Positions 7,169 to 16,436 are shown, counted from the first letter of the stretch. The stretch is DNA of 25,309 nt from Patescibacteria group bacterium (GCA_030916835.1 JAUPWA010000040.1:1-25309); one strand, 5' to 3'. Translations and numbers: made by a program. The notes: a model not told the origin generated them from the letters alone.

Positions 7169-7564
7169 ATGTTGTTTCTTAAACTATACGCCACGGCGCT
7201 GACGACGTTTCTTGTGCTCGACGGGCTCTGGATCGGGCTGCTTATGTCAGGATTTTATAAACGCCAATTAGGTTTCCTGTTTGCTGACAAGGTAAGTGTT
7301 TATGCTGTTGTGGCCTTCTATCTTATATATGCTGCGGGTTTGGTGTTTGTTGTCATTGAGCCGAACGTAGGCAGTTCGCTCACGAAAGTCTTTATGGTGG
7401 GGCTGGTTGTCGGGCTTATGGCGTATGCAACCTATGACCTCACCAATCAAGCAACGATAAAAAATTGGCCCTTTGTTGTTACAGCGATTGACTTGGCGTG
7501 GGGTGCGCTCGTGACTGGTGTCGTTTCTGTCGTAACGGTCATGGTTGCGCGGTTTTTTTCATAG
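7169..7564 (+). CDS. DUF2177-family integral membrane protein
   Basis: Four hydrophobic helices; LD.LWI...M..FY..QLG, Y.TYDLTN.AT.KNWP..V..IDL.WG motifs. ATG 7169 lies 6 nt after TATACT. Confidence 0.8.
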   Translation: MLFLKLYATALTTFLVLDGLWIGLLMSGFYKRQLGFLFADKVSVYAVVAFYLIYAAGLVFVVIEPNVGSSLTKVFMVGLVVGLMAYATYDLTNQATIKNWPFVVTAIDLAWGALVTGVVSVVTVMVARFFS

Positions 7565-7566
7565 CT

Positions 7567-7824
7567 ATGCGCCCACAAGGTGGATACATACTGCTTCTCG
7601 TGCTTCTTCTAAGCGTTGTAATGGGTGCGATGCTCATGCTCTATGGGTATTCATCATTGCTTGCCCCGGCACACACTGTGCCAAGAACGTCTTCGAATCA
7701 ATTGCAAGACCAGCCTAAGGTGGGCACCCCACAAACATCGCCAATAGTACCCATTCAGGAGGCTCAGCAAGTAAAAACCATTGTTGAAACTCAGCAACAA
7801 CTGCGGGCTTCAGATTTGCACTAG
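7567..7824 (+). CDS. Small single-pass protein with a prepilin/PilX-like N-terminus
   Basis: MRPQGG|YILLLVLLLSVVMGAMLML followed by a short Q/P-rich tail. Starts 2 nt after the DUF2177 stop. Confidence 0.55.
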   Translation: MRPQGGYILLLVLLLSVVMGAMLMLYGYSSLLAPAHTVPRTSSNQLQDQPKVGTPQTSPIVPIQEAQQVKTIVETQQQLRASDLH

Positions 7825-7826
7825 GT

Positions 7827-8336
7827 ATGCATACTATGCAGGTGAACGATAGGATGCAGCGTGGGTATCACTATATCTGTAGTGCCCCGGTCGGGAAAAA
7901 GTTTGACCCTCGCTTTAGACCAGACCTTACCCCAAAAGAGATGCTCGCGCTCGGGGTGTTTGGGGGCGTGTATCTACGCGACTGTACCAATGAGTTTCCC
8001 GCATCGTGGTTTTCAAAGGCTAAGCTGCAGAAAAAGGGAGTATATACACAAGACGCATCACTAAATTTATTTAAAGTACGGGCCAGCCAACCTCTGTCTG
8101 AGTGGCGCAAAAAGGGATGGATTCACAAAGACGATCCTCGCGGATGGTTCCAGTGGTATTGTCGCTACTATATGGGGCGGCGCGGCCCCGATGATGAACG
8201 TCAGATTACACGCTGGATGCGCATGACTCGTCACGTAGCGCAAATTCAAAAAAACTGTCGAAAGGGGGATTGGACATGCCATCCCAAGCAGCGCCAAGCT
8301 CTTTTGCATTGGGCGTACGACAGTCGCACGCTCTAA
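7827..8336 (+). CDS. Conserved hypothetical cytoplasmic protein (Trp/Arg-rich)
   Basis: 169-aa ORF with conserved-looking blocks F.PDLTP.EML.LGVFGG.Y, DPRGWFQWYCRYYMGRR..DD.RQI.RW, RQALLHWAYD. Confidence 0.75.
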   Translation: MHTMQVNDRMQRGYHYICSAPVGKKFDPRFRPDLTPKEMLALGVFGGVYLRDCTNEFPASWFSKAKLQKKGVYTQDASLNLFKVRASQPLSEWRKKGWIHKDDPRGWFQWYCRYYMGRRGPDDERQITRWMRMTRHVAQIQKNCRKGDWTCHPKQRQALLHWAYDSRTL

Positions 8337-8386
8337 AACGTTGATAACTGGGCATCGATTGGTCTTTTCATTGGTATCGTTAGGGT

Positions 8387-10156
8387 ATGACGCAAGAACA
8401 ACCAGCGCAGACTAATGCGCAGCCTCCGGTGCCCCCTCCCCAAACGCCTGTGCCAGTGCCTACCCCTACACCTACACCAGCAGTACCACCTCCCACTCCC
8501 GTACCGCCACCTAGAGCGGTACCACCAGTGCCGCCACAGGTTGCTGCGCAGCCGCTGCCTAAGGCGGCCGTTGAGGTGATGCCAAAGGCGGGCGCTACAC
8601 CACCGCATGGTTTTGCAGTCTCAAAAAGTCTCTTGTTTGGCGGCATAGCTGGGCTTGTGGTGGTCTTGGCGGTTGCAGGTACGGTGTATGCCTATGTTGA
8701 AAAAATAGGTCCGTTTGCACAAGTGCCGTATACCCAAGACAATCTTTTGTCGGGCCTTTTGCAGTCGTTTAGCAAGATACAAAGCTCTTCCTATACACTT
8801 TCAGGATCGGTGGCGGTAGGGCCTCGAGACCCTGATGCAAAACCTTTTACACTCACCATACCTAATGCTGCTGAGGTTGAGGAGCAGTATCGCAACGATG
8901 TTAAGCGCACAGAGGATGTCTCTACCATGATGGGTATACTAAAATATGCAAAAACATACCCACGTACCATAGGGGGCATTGCAAGTGCGAACACCTCAAA
9001 ATATTATGCGTCATCCTTTGCGACTACCGACCCAAAGACGCGCCAACCCTACGGATATGTAGTAGCCGAAGATGGTAAAAACTTTGCCCTCACTGTCTCG
9101 TTTGAGACTAATGACGCTATCAAAAAAATTAGACAGTCGTATGATTTTAGCTCCTCAACCACACAGATAACCGGCAATACTGTCATCTTCACCAAAGATA
9201 GCCCGTACTACATATACCTCTCTCATACACCACCAAAACCGTTCTTAGTGCAATTAAGTGACTTGGTACGCATGGCACCAAGCGAAATGCATGCCAAGCT
9301 CTCGGTAGGTGCACAGAGTGACTGGAGCAAAAAAGATGCTGATTGGAAGTTTAACGCTAATGCGACCGCAGACTTTGGCGACTTGAGCTTTAAAATTGAC
9401 TTTGATGCACTCCGTACAGATAGTTTGTACTATGTGCGCCTCAACAACATCCCGAGCATCTTTGGCAGCTCGCTTGCAGCCTACAAGGGGACGTGGATCA
9501 GTATTGATCCCGCCGCAACCTCGACACAAGAGGGGCTTGGCTATTCATATAGCTCATATGTGAAAAGTCTCTCAAGTAATGAGTCAGAGTATAAGAAGAG
9601 TCGTGAGGAGGCCGTGCAGTTTATGCTCGCCGCTGTTGCTATAGCTGACAAGGAACATCTCTTGAGCTTTGGTAAGCCTCCCTATGCTGAAGTGCTCAAT
9701 GGGCAGCGTGTCTATCGGTATGACCTTTCGTTCAACAAAGAGTCGATCCTTGCGTTTTATCAGCAGTTAGGCGTAGAAGCTCGAAAGTATCCCACTCTCT
9801 CTGGTGACACTTTGTTTGATGATCCGGGCATGGTGGAGTATCTCAAGAGTGATGCTTTTTCTCAGGTCTTTGACTATGTGTCTAAAAACACAACTCTTAC
9901 TGTATGGGTAGATACAGACGGGTATCTCACAAGAGTCTCCTACGGTATGCGACTTGTCCCGCCAGACACTGCGGTGATGCTCAAAGACAAGCAGGTGAAC
10001 GCGAGTATAGATTTGCTACTCACTGATATAAATACGCCGGTGCGTATTGATACGCCAACCGGGGCAAAGCCACTCCAAGAGATTATGGGCCAGGTGTATA
10101 CAAATCTGTACGAGTACGACAAGAGTGTTAGCACGAGTACAATAAAGGGAAAATAG
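8387..10156 (+). CDS. Single-pass surface protein: Pro-rich cytoplasmic N-terminus, TM helix, large beta-rich extracellular region containing a pilin-head-like insert
   Basis: 589-aa ORF; PT/PV low-complexity tract, TM LLFGGIAGLVVVLAVAGTVYAYV, C-terminal DINTPV.I..P.GAKP typical of LppX/LolA-like lipoprotein folds. Confidence 0.7.
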   Translation: MTQEQPAQTNAQPPVPPPQTPVPVPTPTPTPAVPPPTPVPPPRAVPPVPPQVAAQPLPKAAVEVMPKAGATPPHGFAVSKSLLFGGIAGLVVVLAVAGTVYAYVEKIGPFAQVPYTQDNLLSGLLQSFSKIQSSSYTLSGSVAVGPRDPDAKPFTLTIPNAAEVEEQYRNDVKRTEDVSTMMGILKYAKTYPRTIGGIASANTSKYYASSFATTDPKTRQPYGYVVAEDGKNFALTVSFETNDAIKKIRQSYDFSSSTTQITGNTVIFTKDSPYYIYLSHTPPKPFLVQLSDLVRMAPSEMHAKLSVGAQSDWSKKDADWKFNANATADFGDLSFKIDFDALRTDSLYYVRLNNIPSIFGSSLAAYKGTWISIDPAATSTQEGLGYSYSSYVKSLSSNESEYKKSREEAVQFMLAAVAIADKEHLLSFGKPPYAEVLNGQRVYRYDLSFNKESILAFYQQLGVEARKYPTLSGDTLFDDPGMVEYLKSDAFSQVFDYVSKNTTLTVWVDTDGYLTRVSYGMRLVPPDTAVMLKDKQVNASIDLLLTDINTPVRIDTPTGAKPLQEIMGQVYTNLYEYDKSVSTSTIKGK

Positions 10157-10199
10157 TGTATACTAGGGGAGTACATTTATTTGTAGGTAATTTTTGACT

Positions 10200-10451
10200 A
10201 TGGCAAAAGAAAATAAATTTATGGCACCTAAGCAGCTCTCAGAAGAGCTCGAGGCGGTAGTGGGTAAAGGCCCCATGCCGTTTCCTGAGGTGGTAAAAAA
10301 TTTGTGGGTATACATCAAGAAGCATGATTTACAGGATCCAAAGAACAAGCGCTCCATCGTTCCAGATGAAAAGCTTGCAAAAGTATTTGGCTCAAGCGCC
10401 CCAGTTAACATGATGAAGATGTCGGGTTTGGTGTTTAAGCATCTTTCCTAA
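10200..10451 (+). CDS. Stand-alone SWIB/MDM2 domain protein
   Basis: LS.EL..VVG...M..PEVVK.LW.YIKKH.LQDPKNKR.I.PDEKL.KVFG....V.M..M...V.KHL is the SWIB signature. Confidence 0.9.
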   Translation: MAKENKFMAPKQLSEELEAVVGKGPMPFPEVVKNLWVYIKKHDLQDPKNKRSIVPDEKLAKVFGSSAPVNMMKMSGLVFKHLS

Positions 10452-10485
10452 TCTGGTGTCTCAAAAGTAGGGTATACTTATAATC

Positions 10486-11238
10486 GTGCCCCGTATAGCA
10501 TGCGGTGTTTTAGCGGCAGTGACACTCTGGGCGGCGCCACTTATGGTTGCGCAGGCTCAAACCGCTGATACCAACCAACCAACAACACAAAGCATAGGTG
10601 CGCAAACCGATACGAATCTAAGCGCATTTGACCCGTATAACCCCGACCACGTCGAGGGTAGGGTGCGTGCCTATTTTGCCGATATTCCTATCATGGTTGA
10701 AATTGCAAGATGCGAATCGGACTTTCATATGTATGACGAGTTTGGCAACCCTCTCTATGGTGGTACTGGCGGCATGGTGGGCGTTTTTCAGGAGGCAGCT
10801 GCCCTACATAATGACGCCGCTAAGGATCTTGGGCTTAATATCAACACGCTTGAAGGTAATTTGGCTTATGCGCGCCACTTGTATGAAAATCAGGGTTTGG
10901 CACCGTGGTACGCCTCTGCAAAGTGCTGGAGCCCAATTAAGACGACTCTACAGCAAGGCTCGGTAGGTAAACAGGTGGTGCTTTTGCAGAAGATTCTTAA
11001 TGCCAACGGTTTTGTCATTGCTGAGGATGGTCCTGGTGCGCCAGGGCAAGAATCTACAACCTTTGGGCCTATGACTGTAGACGCTGTCAAGCGCTTTCAG
11101 TGCACCATGGGGATAGTGTGTAAGGGTACGCCACAGTCAACTGGCTACGGTATGGTCGGACAAAAGACTCGTATGGCGCTTTTGAAGTTGGATGTCCACA
11201 CAGCTCTTGCGGAGCCGAACAGTTTATCTGTGCGCTAA
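10486..11238 (+). CDS. Secreted lysozyme-like/lytic transglycosylase domain + peptidoglycan-binding domain protein
   Basis: Signal AQA|Q; IARCES (catalytic-Glu-like), GVFQ, GN..YA..LY..QG..PW; C-terminal L..GS.G..V..LQ..L...GF...FG..T..AV..FQ...G.VG..T..AL (PG_binding_1). Confidence 0.8.
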   Translation: MPRIACGVLAAVTLWAAPLMVAQAQTADTNQPTTQSIGAQTDTNLSAFDPYNPDHVEGRVRAYFADIPIMVEIARCESDFHMYDEFGNPLYGGTGGMVGVFQEAAALHNDAAKDLGLNINTLEGNLAYARHLYENQGLAPWYASAKCWSPIKTTLQQGSVGKQVVLLQKILNANGFVIAEDGPGAPGQESTTFGPMTVDAVKRFQCTMGIVCKGTPQSTGYGMVGQKTRMALLKLDVHTALAEPNSLSVR

Positions 11239-11257
11239 AGTGTGCGATAGTGTTTGC

Positions 11258-12112
11258 GTGCGATATATAAAAATATTTTTCTATATACTCGTCGGCATTT
11301 TTGCCGTCATCGGCCTCGTCTTCACGGCGGTGTTTGTTGCTATGCGCTTTGGGCTTCTGAATGTGCGTGGTTCGATTCAGTCTCGTAACGACTTTTTTTC
11401 GCTTGCATCAGGTAAACCAGTCTTAAGTGCCAGTCATACTCCCTGTATCGACCCAACAACAAAGGCATGCGCATGGTCGCAGACACCCGAATGGGCGGTT
11501 ATAAAGGCAGGGCTCACCAAAGATGCGCCAGTGTTGCAAGATGTAAGCTTTAAAACGGGTGTGCCCGAGAGGCTTATTGCTGCCGTGGTTGTGCCTGAAC
11601 AAATGCGCTTTTTTACCGCTGAGCGAGAAATATTAAAACGCTACTTTGAGCCGCTAAAAATACTCGGCTCGCTCTCACAATTCTCACTTGGCGTTTCAGG
11701 TATTAAGCAAGATACTGCAAGAACTATCGAGATGCATGCGGCGAGCACTACGTCGCCGTTTTACCCCGGGGCCGGCATGAGTGAACTTATAGCCTATGAG
11801 CCGGGGGTGAACCGAGACACGGCGCTCTACGACCGGCTCACTGATGAGCATAATCACTATTACTCATACCTCTATACGGCCCTGTTTATTAAAGAGATCG
11901 AGGCCCAGTGGGAGCGCGAAGGGTATTCGATTAGTCAAAATCCAGGAGCAATCGTAACGCTTTTTAATGTTGGTTTTCATGCGTCACGCCCTAACGCTAA
12001 CCCCCAGTTAGCAGGGGCCACGATTGAAACAGGCAATTCTTCATATACCTACGGGGAGCTCGGTCAGGATTTTTATGATTCAGCGGAGCTTAGCGATATA
12101 TTTCCCCACTAA
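11258..12112 (+). CDS. Membrane-anchored protein with a probable lysozyme-like catalytic domain
   Basis: N-terminal TM helix; GVPERLIAAVVVPEQ, SLGVSGIK and YSYLYTAL...TLFNVG resemble SLT/lysozyme-like motifs. GTG 11258 chosen because it follows TG-C-GATAGT by 6 nt. Confidence 0.55.
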   Translation: MRYIKIFFYILVGIFAVIGLVFTAVFVAMRFGLLNVRGSIQSRNDFFSLASGKPVLSASHTPCIDPTTKACAWSQTPEWAVIKAGLTKDAPVLQDVSFKTGVPERLIAAVVVPEQMRFFTAEREILKRYFEPLKILGSLSQFSLGVSGIKQDTARTIEMHAASTTSPFYPGAGMSELIAYEPGVNRDTALYDRLTDEHNHYYSYLYTALFIKEIEAQWEREGYSISQNPGAIVTLFNVGFHASRPNANPQLAGATIETGNSSYTYGELGQDFYDSAELSDIFPH

Positions 12113-12132
12113 ATGGTAGTGGTGCTATAGTA

Positions 12133-12537
12133 ATGGGTATGAAAAGCATTGTTCACTGGTTTGATAAGCTAGAAGATCATATCCGCGCACGGTTGAGCCA
12201 TTACCCGATCATATACTCACTTATCGGTGGCGTGGGTATAGTGCTGTTTTGGAAGGGGGTGTGGGAGACCGCAGAGCTCACTATCTATCTCCATGGACCA
12301 GCGTCAATCCTGCTCGGGGTTATCATTATGCTTACCACAGGCCTCCTCGTATCCTTTTTCATCGGGGATAATATTATCCTCTCAGGCATCGCTCGCGAAA
12401 AAAAGTTGGTCGAAAAAACAGAAGCAGAGGTTCTTGAGGAGCACGCGACCCTCGCGGATGTGATGGAGGCGCTCGAACACATGAATACAAAAATGGAGCA
12501 ATTTGCTCGCAAACACAACCATGAAAAGACACATTAA
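12133..12537 (+). CDS. Hypothetical two-TM membrane protein with C-terminal coiled coil
   Basis: Two hydrophobic helices (YSLIGGVGIVLFWKGVW; ILLGVIIMLTTGLLVSFFIG) and a charged helical tail. Start may be ATG 12139. Confidence 0.7.
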   Translation: MGMKSIVHWFDKLEDHIRARLSHYPIIYSLIGGVGIVLFWKGVWETAELTIYLHGPASILLGVIIMLTTGLLVSFFIGDNIILSGIAREKKLVEKTEAEVLEEHATLADVMEALEHMNTKMEQFARKHNHEKTH

Positions 12538-12769
12538 GCGCACCGCGATCCTCGTTCTAGCCTGTGTATGTCTGCTGCTCGGGCTTGCAGGGCTAGTACT
12601 CCCTATTTTGCAAGGAGTACTCTTTTTGGCTGTTAGTTTGGTGCTCTTTCCTATACTATCGCCAACTATTGGCACATGGGCTGAGACACATACTCGTAAA
12701 TATCCAAAGGTGCATGCAGTGGTGAAGAGAGTTGAAGATTGGTTGCGACGTGTTATTGGCGAGGTGTAG
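12521..12769 (+). CDS. Small membrane protein, PGPGW/DUF454-like
   Basis: LLLGLAGLVLPILQGVLFL hairpin followed by an amphipathic helix. Confidence 0.6.
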   Translation: MKRHIKRTAILVLACVCLLLGLAGLVLPILQGVLFLAVSLVLFPILSPTIGTWAETHTRKYPKVHAVVKRVEDWLRRVIGEV

Positions 12770-12802
12770 TACTTGCCGGCGTCTCAGTGGTATAGTACTG
12801 CC

Positions 12803-14020
12803 ATGAAGATACGAGGAATTAGTGCGCGTGAGATTCTTGACTCTCGCGGGACCCCAACTGTTGAGGTGGTGGTGACGCTCGAGGATGGTGTCCAAGGGAC
12901 TGCGTCAGTACCATCAGGAAAGAGTACCGGTTCGCGCGAAGCACATGAGTTGCGCGATGGTGAAGCGCGTTTTGGGGGCAGGGGTGTGCGCAAAGCGGTC
13001 GCTGCGGTTGAAGGTGAGATTCTGAATGCACTCAAAGACAAAGACTTTTCGCAGCAAGAGCTTGACCATGTGCTCTGCGAGCTTGATGGAACGCCAAACA
13101 AGTCGAGACTTGGCGCAAACGCTCTATTGGGAGTGTCGCTCGCATGTGCACGCGCAAGCGCGCTCTCTCAGGATGTGCCCCTATATCGCTATATCGCAGC
13201 GCTCGCCAAGACTACGCCGCGCATGCCGCAACCTTGTTTTAATATCATCAACGGCGGTGCACATGCTGACAGTGGTCTCCATATACAAGAGTTCATGCTC
13301 ATCCCTGCGGGGGATAGTGTTGTGCAGAAGATTGAGCGCGCTGCAGCAGTGCAAGAGGTTCTCTATAAGCTCATCAAAGCTCGCGGCCTAGCGACGGGCG
13401 TGGGAGACGAAGGTGGTTTTGCACCTATGCTGCCAAGCAACGCGGCAGCGCTCGACCTGTTGGTTGAAGCAATAAACACTGCTGCTGTTGAGGCGCAGTT
13501 TGGGATCGATGCGGCAGCAAACTTTTTTTACAAAGACGGGCTCTATGAGATTGATCCGCAAGAAAGGCACGACCGCACCGAACTGCTTGCGTGGTATGAG
13601 GAGTTGGTTGCTAAGTATCCCATCGTTTCCCTCGAGGATCCGTTTGCTGAAGATGATTGGGATGGGTTTGTTGCAGTTACTAAAGCGCTTGGTGAAAAAA
13701 TCCGCATTGTGGGTGATGATTTGCTCACGACCAACCCTGTGCAGATACAATTGGCGGGCGAGCGCCGTGCCACCAACACAGCACTCATTAAGCCAAACCA
13801 AATCGGCACCCTTTCTGAGGCGCTCGACGCGTGCACAAAAGCGCGTGAGAGTGGTATGATGCTGTTTGCCTCGCACCGCTCAGGGGAGACAAATGATGAC
13901 TGTATCGCTGACTTTGCAGTTGGTGTTGGTGCAGAGTATCTAAAAGCGGGAGCGCTGACGCGCGGTGAGCGAGTCGCAAAATATAATCGTTTAATTGCTA
14001 TAGAACAAGAATTGTCATGA
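12803..14020 (+). CDS. eno: Enolase (phosphopyruvate hydratase)
   Basis: [74 protein letters not shown]. Confidence 0.96.
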   Translation: MKIRGISAREILDSRGTPTVEVVVTLEDGVQGTASVPSGKSTGSREAHELRDGEARFGGRGVRKAVAAVEGEILNALKDKDFSQQELDHVLCELDGTPNKSRLGANALLGVSLACARASALSQDVPLYRYIAALAKTTPRMPQPCFNIINGGAHADSGLHIQEFMLIPAGDSVVQKIERAAAVQEVLYKLIKARGLATGVGDEGGFAPMLPSNAAALDLLVEAINTAAVEAQFGIDAAANFFYKDGLYEIDPQERHDRTELLAWYEELVAKYPIVSLEDPFAEDDWDGFVAVTKALGEKIRIVGDDLLTTNPVQIQLAGERRATNTALIKPNQIGTLSEALDACTKARESGMMLFASHRSGETNDDCIADFAVGVGAEYLKAGALTRGERVAKYNRLIAIEQELS

Positions 14021-14814
14021 GTACCCGTCCTGCGCTAGTTGTCACTATTGGGCCTGCATCAAGTGGTCGCGAAACTTTTGTAGCGATGGTGCATGCGGGG
14101 CTCGATATCGTTCGTTTTAATTTTGCATGGTCGACCAATGAAGAGCGTGCAGCGCAAATCGCTATGGTCCGTGATGTTGCCCGTGAGCTTGGCCGAGAAA
14201 TAAAACTTTTGCAAGATTTACCTGGACCTCGCGTGCAAACCGGTGCTTCACATACCTATGATCAGTCAGTCGAAACACTGCTAACAGAGGAAGATGAGCG
14301 CTCCATTGCTTTTGGAGTTGAGCAGCAAATAGAGTATCTGGCGCTTTCTTTTGTGGGAAATGCAAAAGATGTCGAAGATGGTAAGGCGCTTATCAAAAAA
14401 TATAACGGCACACAAAAAGTAATTGCGAAAATTGAGCGTAAGGTAGCGATCGACCATATCGATGAAATTTTGGCAGCTGCAGACGGGCTTATGGTGGCAC
14501 GCGGCGACTTGGGTAGCGAAGTACCGCTTGAAGAGATCCCTTTTATCGAAAAGATGCTTATAGAGAAAGCGAACGCTGCTGGTAAGCCTGTTATTGTGGC
14601 GACTCAGATGCTTCTTTCAATGACGGAGTCACCCACGCCCTCACGCGCTGAGGTGACCGATGTTGCCTGGGCGACCCTCTTGGGGGCCGACGGCGTTATG
14701 CTTTCTGAAGAAAGTGCGAGCGGGAAGTACCCCACTGAGGCAGTGACCTATCTGGGTAGGATAGCTGCCCGTGCGGCTGAACATGCGCAAGAGCGCACTA
14801 TACTACTATCATGA
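14017..14814 (+). CDS. pyk: Pyruvate kinase, truncated form (A-domain barrel only)
   Basis: [43 protein letters not shown]. Only 265 aa. Confidence 0.9.
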   Translation: MSTRPALVVTIGPASSGRETFVAMVHAGLDIVRFNFAWSTNEERAAQIAMVRDVARELGREIKLLQDLPGPRVQTGASHTYDQSVETLLTEEDERSIAFGVEQQIEYLALSFVGNAKDVEDGKALIKKYNGTQKVIAKIERKVAIDHIDEILAAADGLMVARGDLGSEVPLEEIPFIEKMLIEKANAAGKPVIVATQMLLSMTESPTPSRAEVTDVAWATLLGADGVMLSEESASGKYPTEAVTYLGRIAARAAEHAQERTILLS

Positions 14815-15449
14815 TGGGGAAACTATTGTTGGCGCGTCATCATGAGTCTGAATGGAACAAGAAGGGTCTTTGGACCGGCTCGCGTGATGTACATCTCACG
14901 CAGTATGGTTTTGATAAATCAGCTGAGATGGGCAAGCTTATTGAAGATATCCCGTTAGGAGCGGCATTCGCATCTATCCAGGTGCGCTCTATAGAAACGC
15001 TCGCCTGTATGCTCGAGGCGCTCAACATTAATGTCGAGAGTATCCCAGTGGAGTACAACAAAGCGCTCGACGAGCGTAATTATGGTGACTATACGGGCAA
15101 AAATAAGTGGGAAATGGAGAAGCTGATAGGTACTGAAGCGTTTGACCATATTCGCCGTGACTGGGACTGCCCGGTCCCTAATGGTGAGACGCTCAAGATG
15201 GTCTATGAGCGTGCGGTGCCGTACTATCAAGAAAAAATAGTACCGCTGCTTAAAGAAGGAAAGAACGTGCTCGTAGTATCCCACGGTAATGCGCTGCGAG
15301 CGCTCATGCTGCATATCGAATCTATGCCGCACGAAGATGCCGCAAAGCTTGAAATGTTATTTGGCGGTATTGTTATATATGATCTCACTGAGGAGGGGCA
15401 TATGGTACACAAAGAGGTGCGCCAGGTTCACTCTGAGGTTAACGCATAA
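14811..15449 (+). CDS. gpmA: 2,3-bisphosphoglycerate-dependent phosphoglycerate mutase
   Basis: L.RH.ES.WN....WTG..DV.LT, L.ER.YG...[20 protein letters not shown]. The usual RHG motif reads RHH. Confidence 0.9.
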   Translation: MMGKLLLARHHESEWNKKGLWTGSRDVHLTQYGFDKSAEMGKLIEDIPLGAAFASIQVRSIETLACMLEALNINVESIPVEYNKALDERNYGDYTGKNKWEMEKLIGTEAFDHIRRDWDCPVPNGETLKMVYERAVPYYQEKIVPLLKEGKNVLVVSHGNALRALMLHIESMPHEDAAKLEMLFGGIVIYDLTEEGHMVHKEVRQVHSEVNA

Positions 15450-15454
15450 TTTGT

Positions 15455-16408
15455 ATGAAATTGTTGTATTGCACCAAGGTGGCAGATGAAGAGCGTGTAG
15501 TGCGTGAAAAATTGAATGGTTGGGATAGTGTATTTTCAGAGGCGTCGGTTGTGGAGTTGCAGGCAGATAGTGCTGTTGAGGCACTCAGCGTATTTGTCGA
15601 CTCAGGGAAGGTGGACGCGGCCGTGATGGACAAGTTTCCTGCTCTCAAACTCATCACCACACGCTCAACCGGGTATGACCATATTGACCTTGCTGAAGCA
15701 CACAAGCGAGGTGTTGTGGTGTGCAATGTGCCCGCCTATGGTGTACATACGGTGGCGGAATTTGCGTTTGCACTTTTACTCGCACTTTCACGCAAGGTGG
15801 TACAAGCACACGAGCGCATGCATAGCGCGGTGCCGTTTAACCAACAAGGACTCACTGGTTTTGATTTAAGCGGTAAGACTATTGGTGTTGTTGGCACCGG
15901 GAGTATAGGTTTTCATGCGGTAAAAATTGCTACTGGTTTTGGTATGCGGGTACTTGCCTATGATGTGGTGCAGAACGAGCGTGTACTGGCACTGGGTGCA
16001 CAGTATCTACCACTGCAAGAGCTGCTCAGCCAAAGCGACGTGGTGACACTCCATGTCCCGTATATGCCGCAGACACACCATTTGCTTAATCGCGAGGCAC
16101 TCTCGGCGTGTAAGCGCGGCGCGTACCTCATTAATACAGCGCGCGGCGCAGTGGTAGACACCGATGCTCTTATTGAAGCGCTCGATGCCGGTATCCTCGC
16201 TGGGGCCGGCCTTGATGTGCTTGAGAATGAAACCGAGCTTATTGAGTCCACAAAAAAACTACTTGCACATGAGCGTGTTCTCCTAACGCCACACGTTGCG
16301 TTTGATACTGCGGAGGCGGTGCAACGCATTCTCGATACCACCATAGAAAATCTCGAGCATTTTGTGGCAGGGACTCCTGTTAACACTGTCGCTCTAAAAG
16401 CAGCCTAA
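15455..16408 (+). CDS. D-isomer-specific 2-hydroxyacid dehydrogenase (D-lactate dehydrogenase-like)
   Basis: TRSTGYDHID, NVPAYG..TVAE, GVVGTGSIG, LHVP...TH, LINTARG.VVD, GLDV.E.E, TPH.AF.T.EA. Confidence 0.88.
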   Translation: MKLLYCTKVADEERVVREKLNGWDSVFSEASVVELQADSAVEALSVFVDSGKVDAAVMDKFPALKLITTRSTGYDHIDLAEAHKRGVVVCNVPAYGVHTVAEFAFALLLALSRKVVQAHERMHSAVPFNQQGLTGFDLSGKTIGVVGTGSIGFHAVKIATGFGMRVLAYDVVQNERVLALGAQYLPLQELLSQSDVVTLHVPYMPQTHHLLNREALSACKRGAYLINTARGAVVDTDALIEALDAGILAGAGLDVLENETELIESTKKLLAHERVLLTPHVAFDTAEAVQRILDTTIENLEHFVAGTPVNTVALKAA

Positions 16409-16436
16409 CGCGAAAAACTGGTGCTATAGTTTTGGT

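Noticed and set aside
8400-8600. Possible nucleotide repeat array or CRISPR-like pattern
   Set aside because: It is the Pro/Thr/Val low-complexity coding tract with degenerate codons; there are no fixed repeats with spacers.
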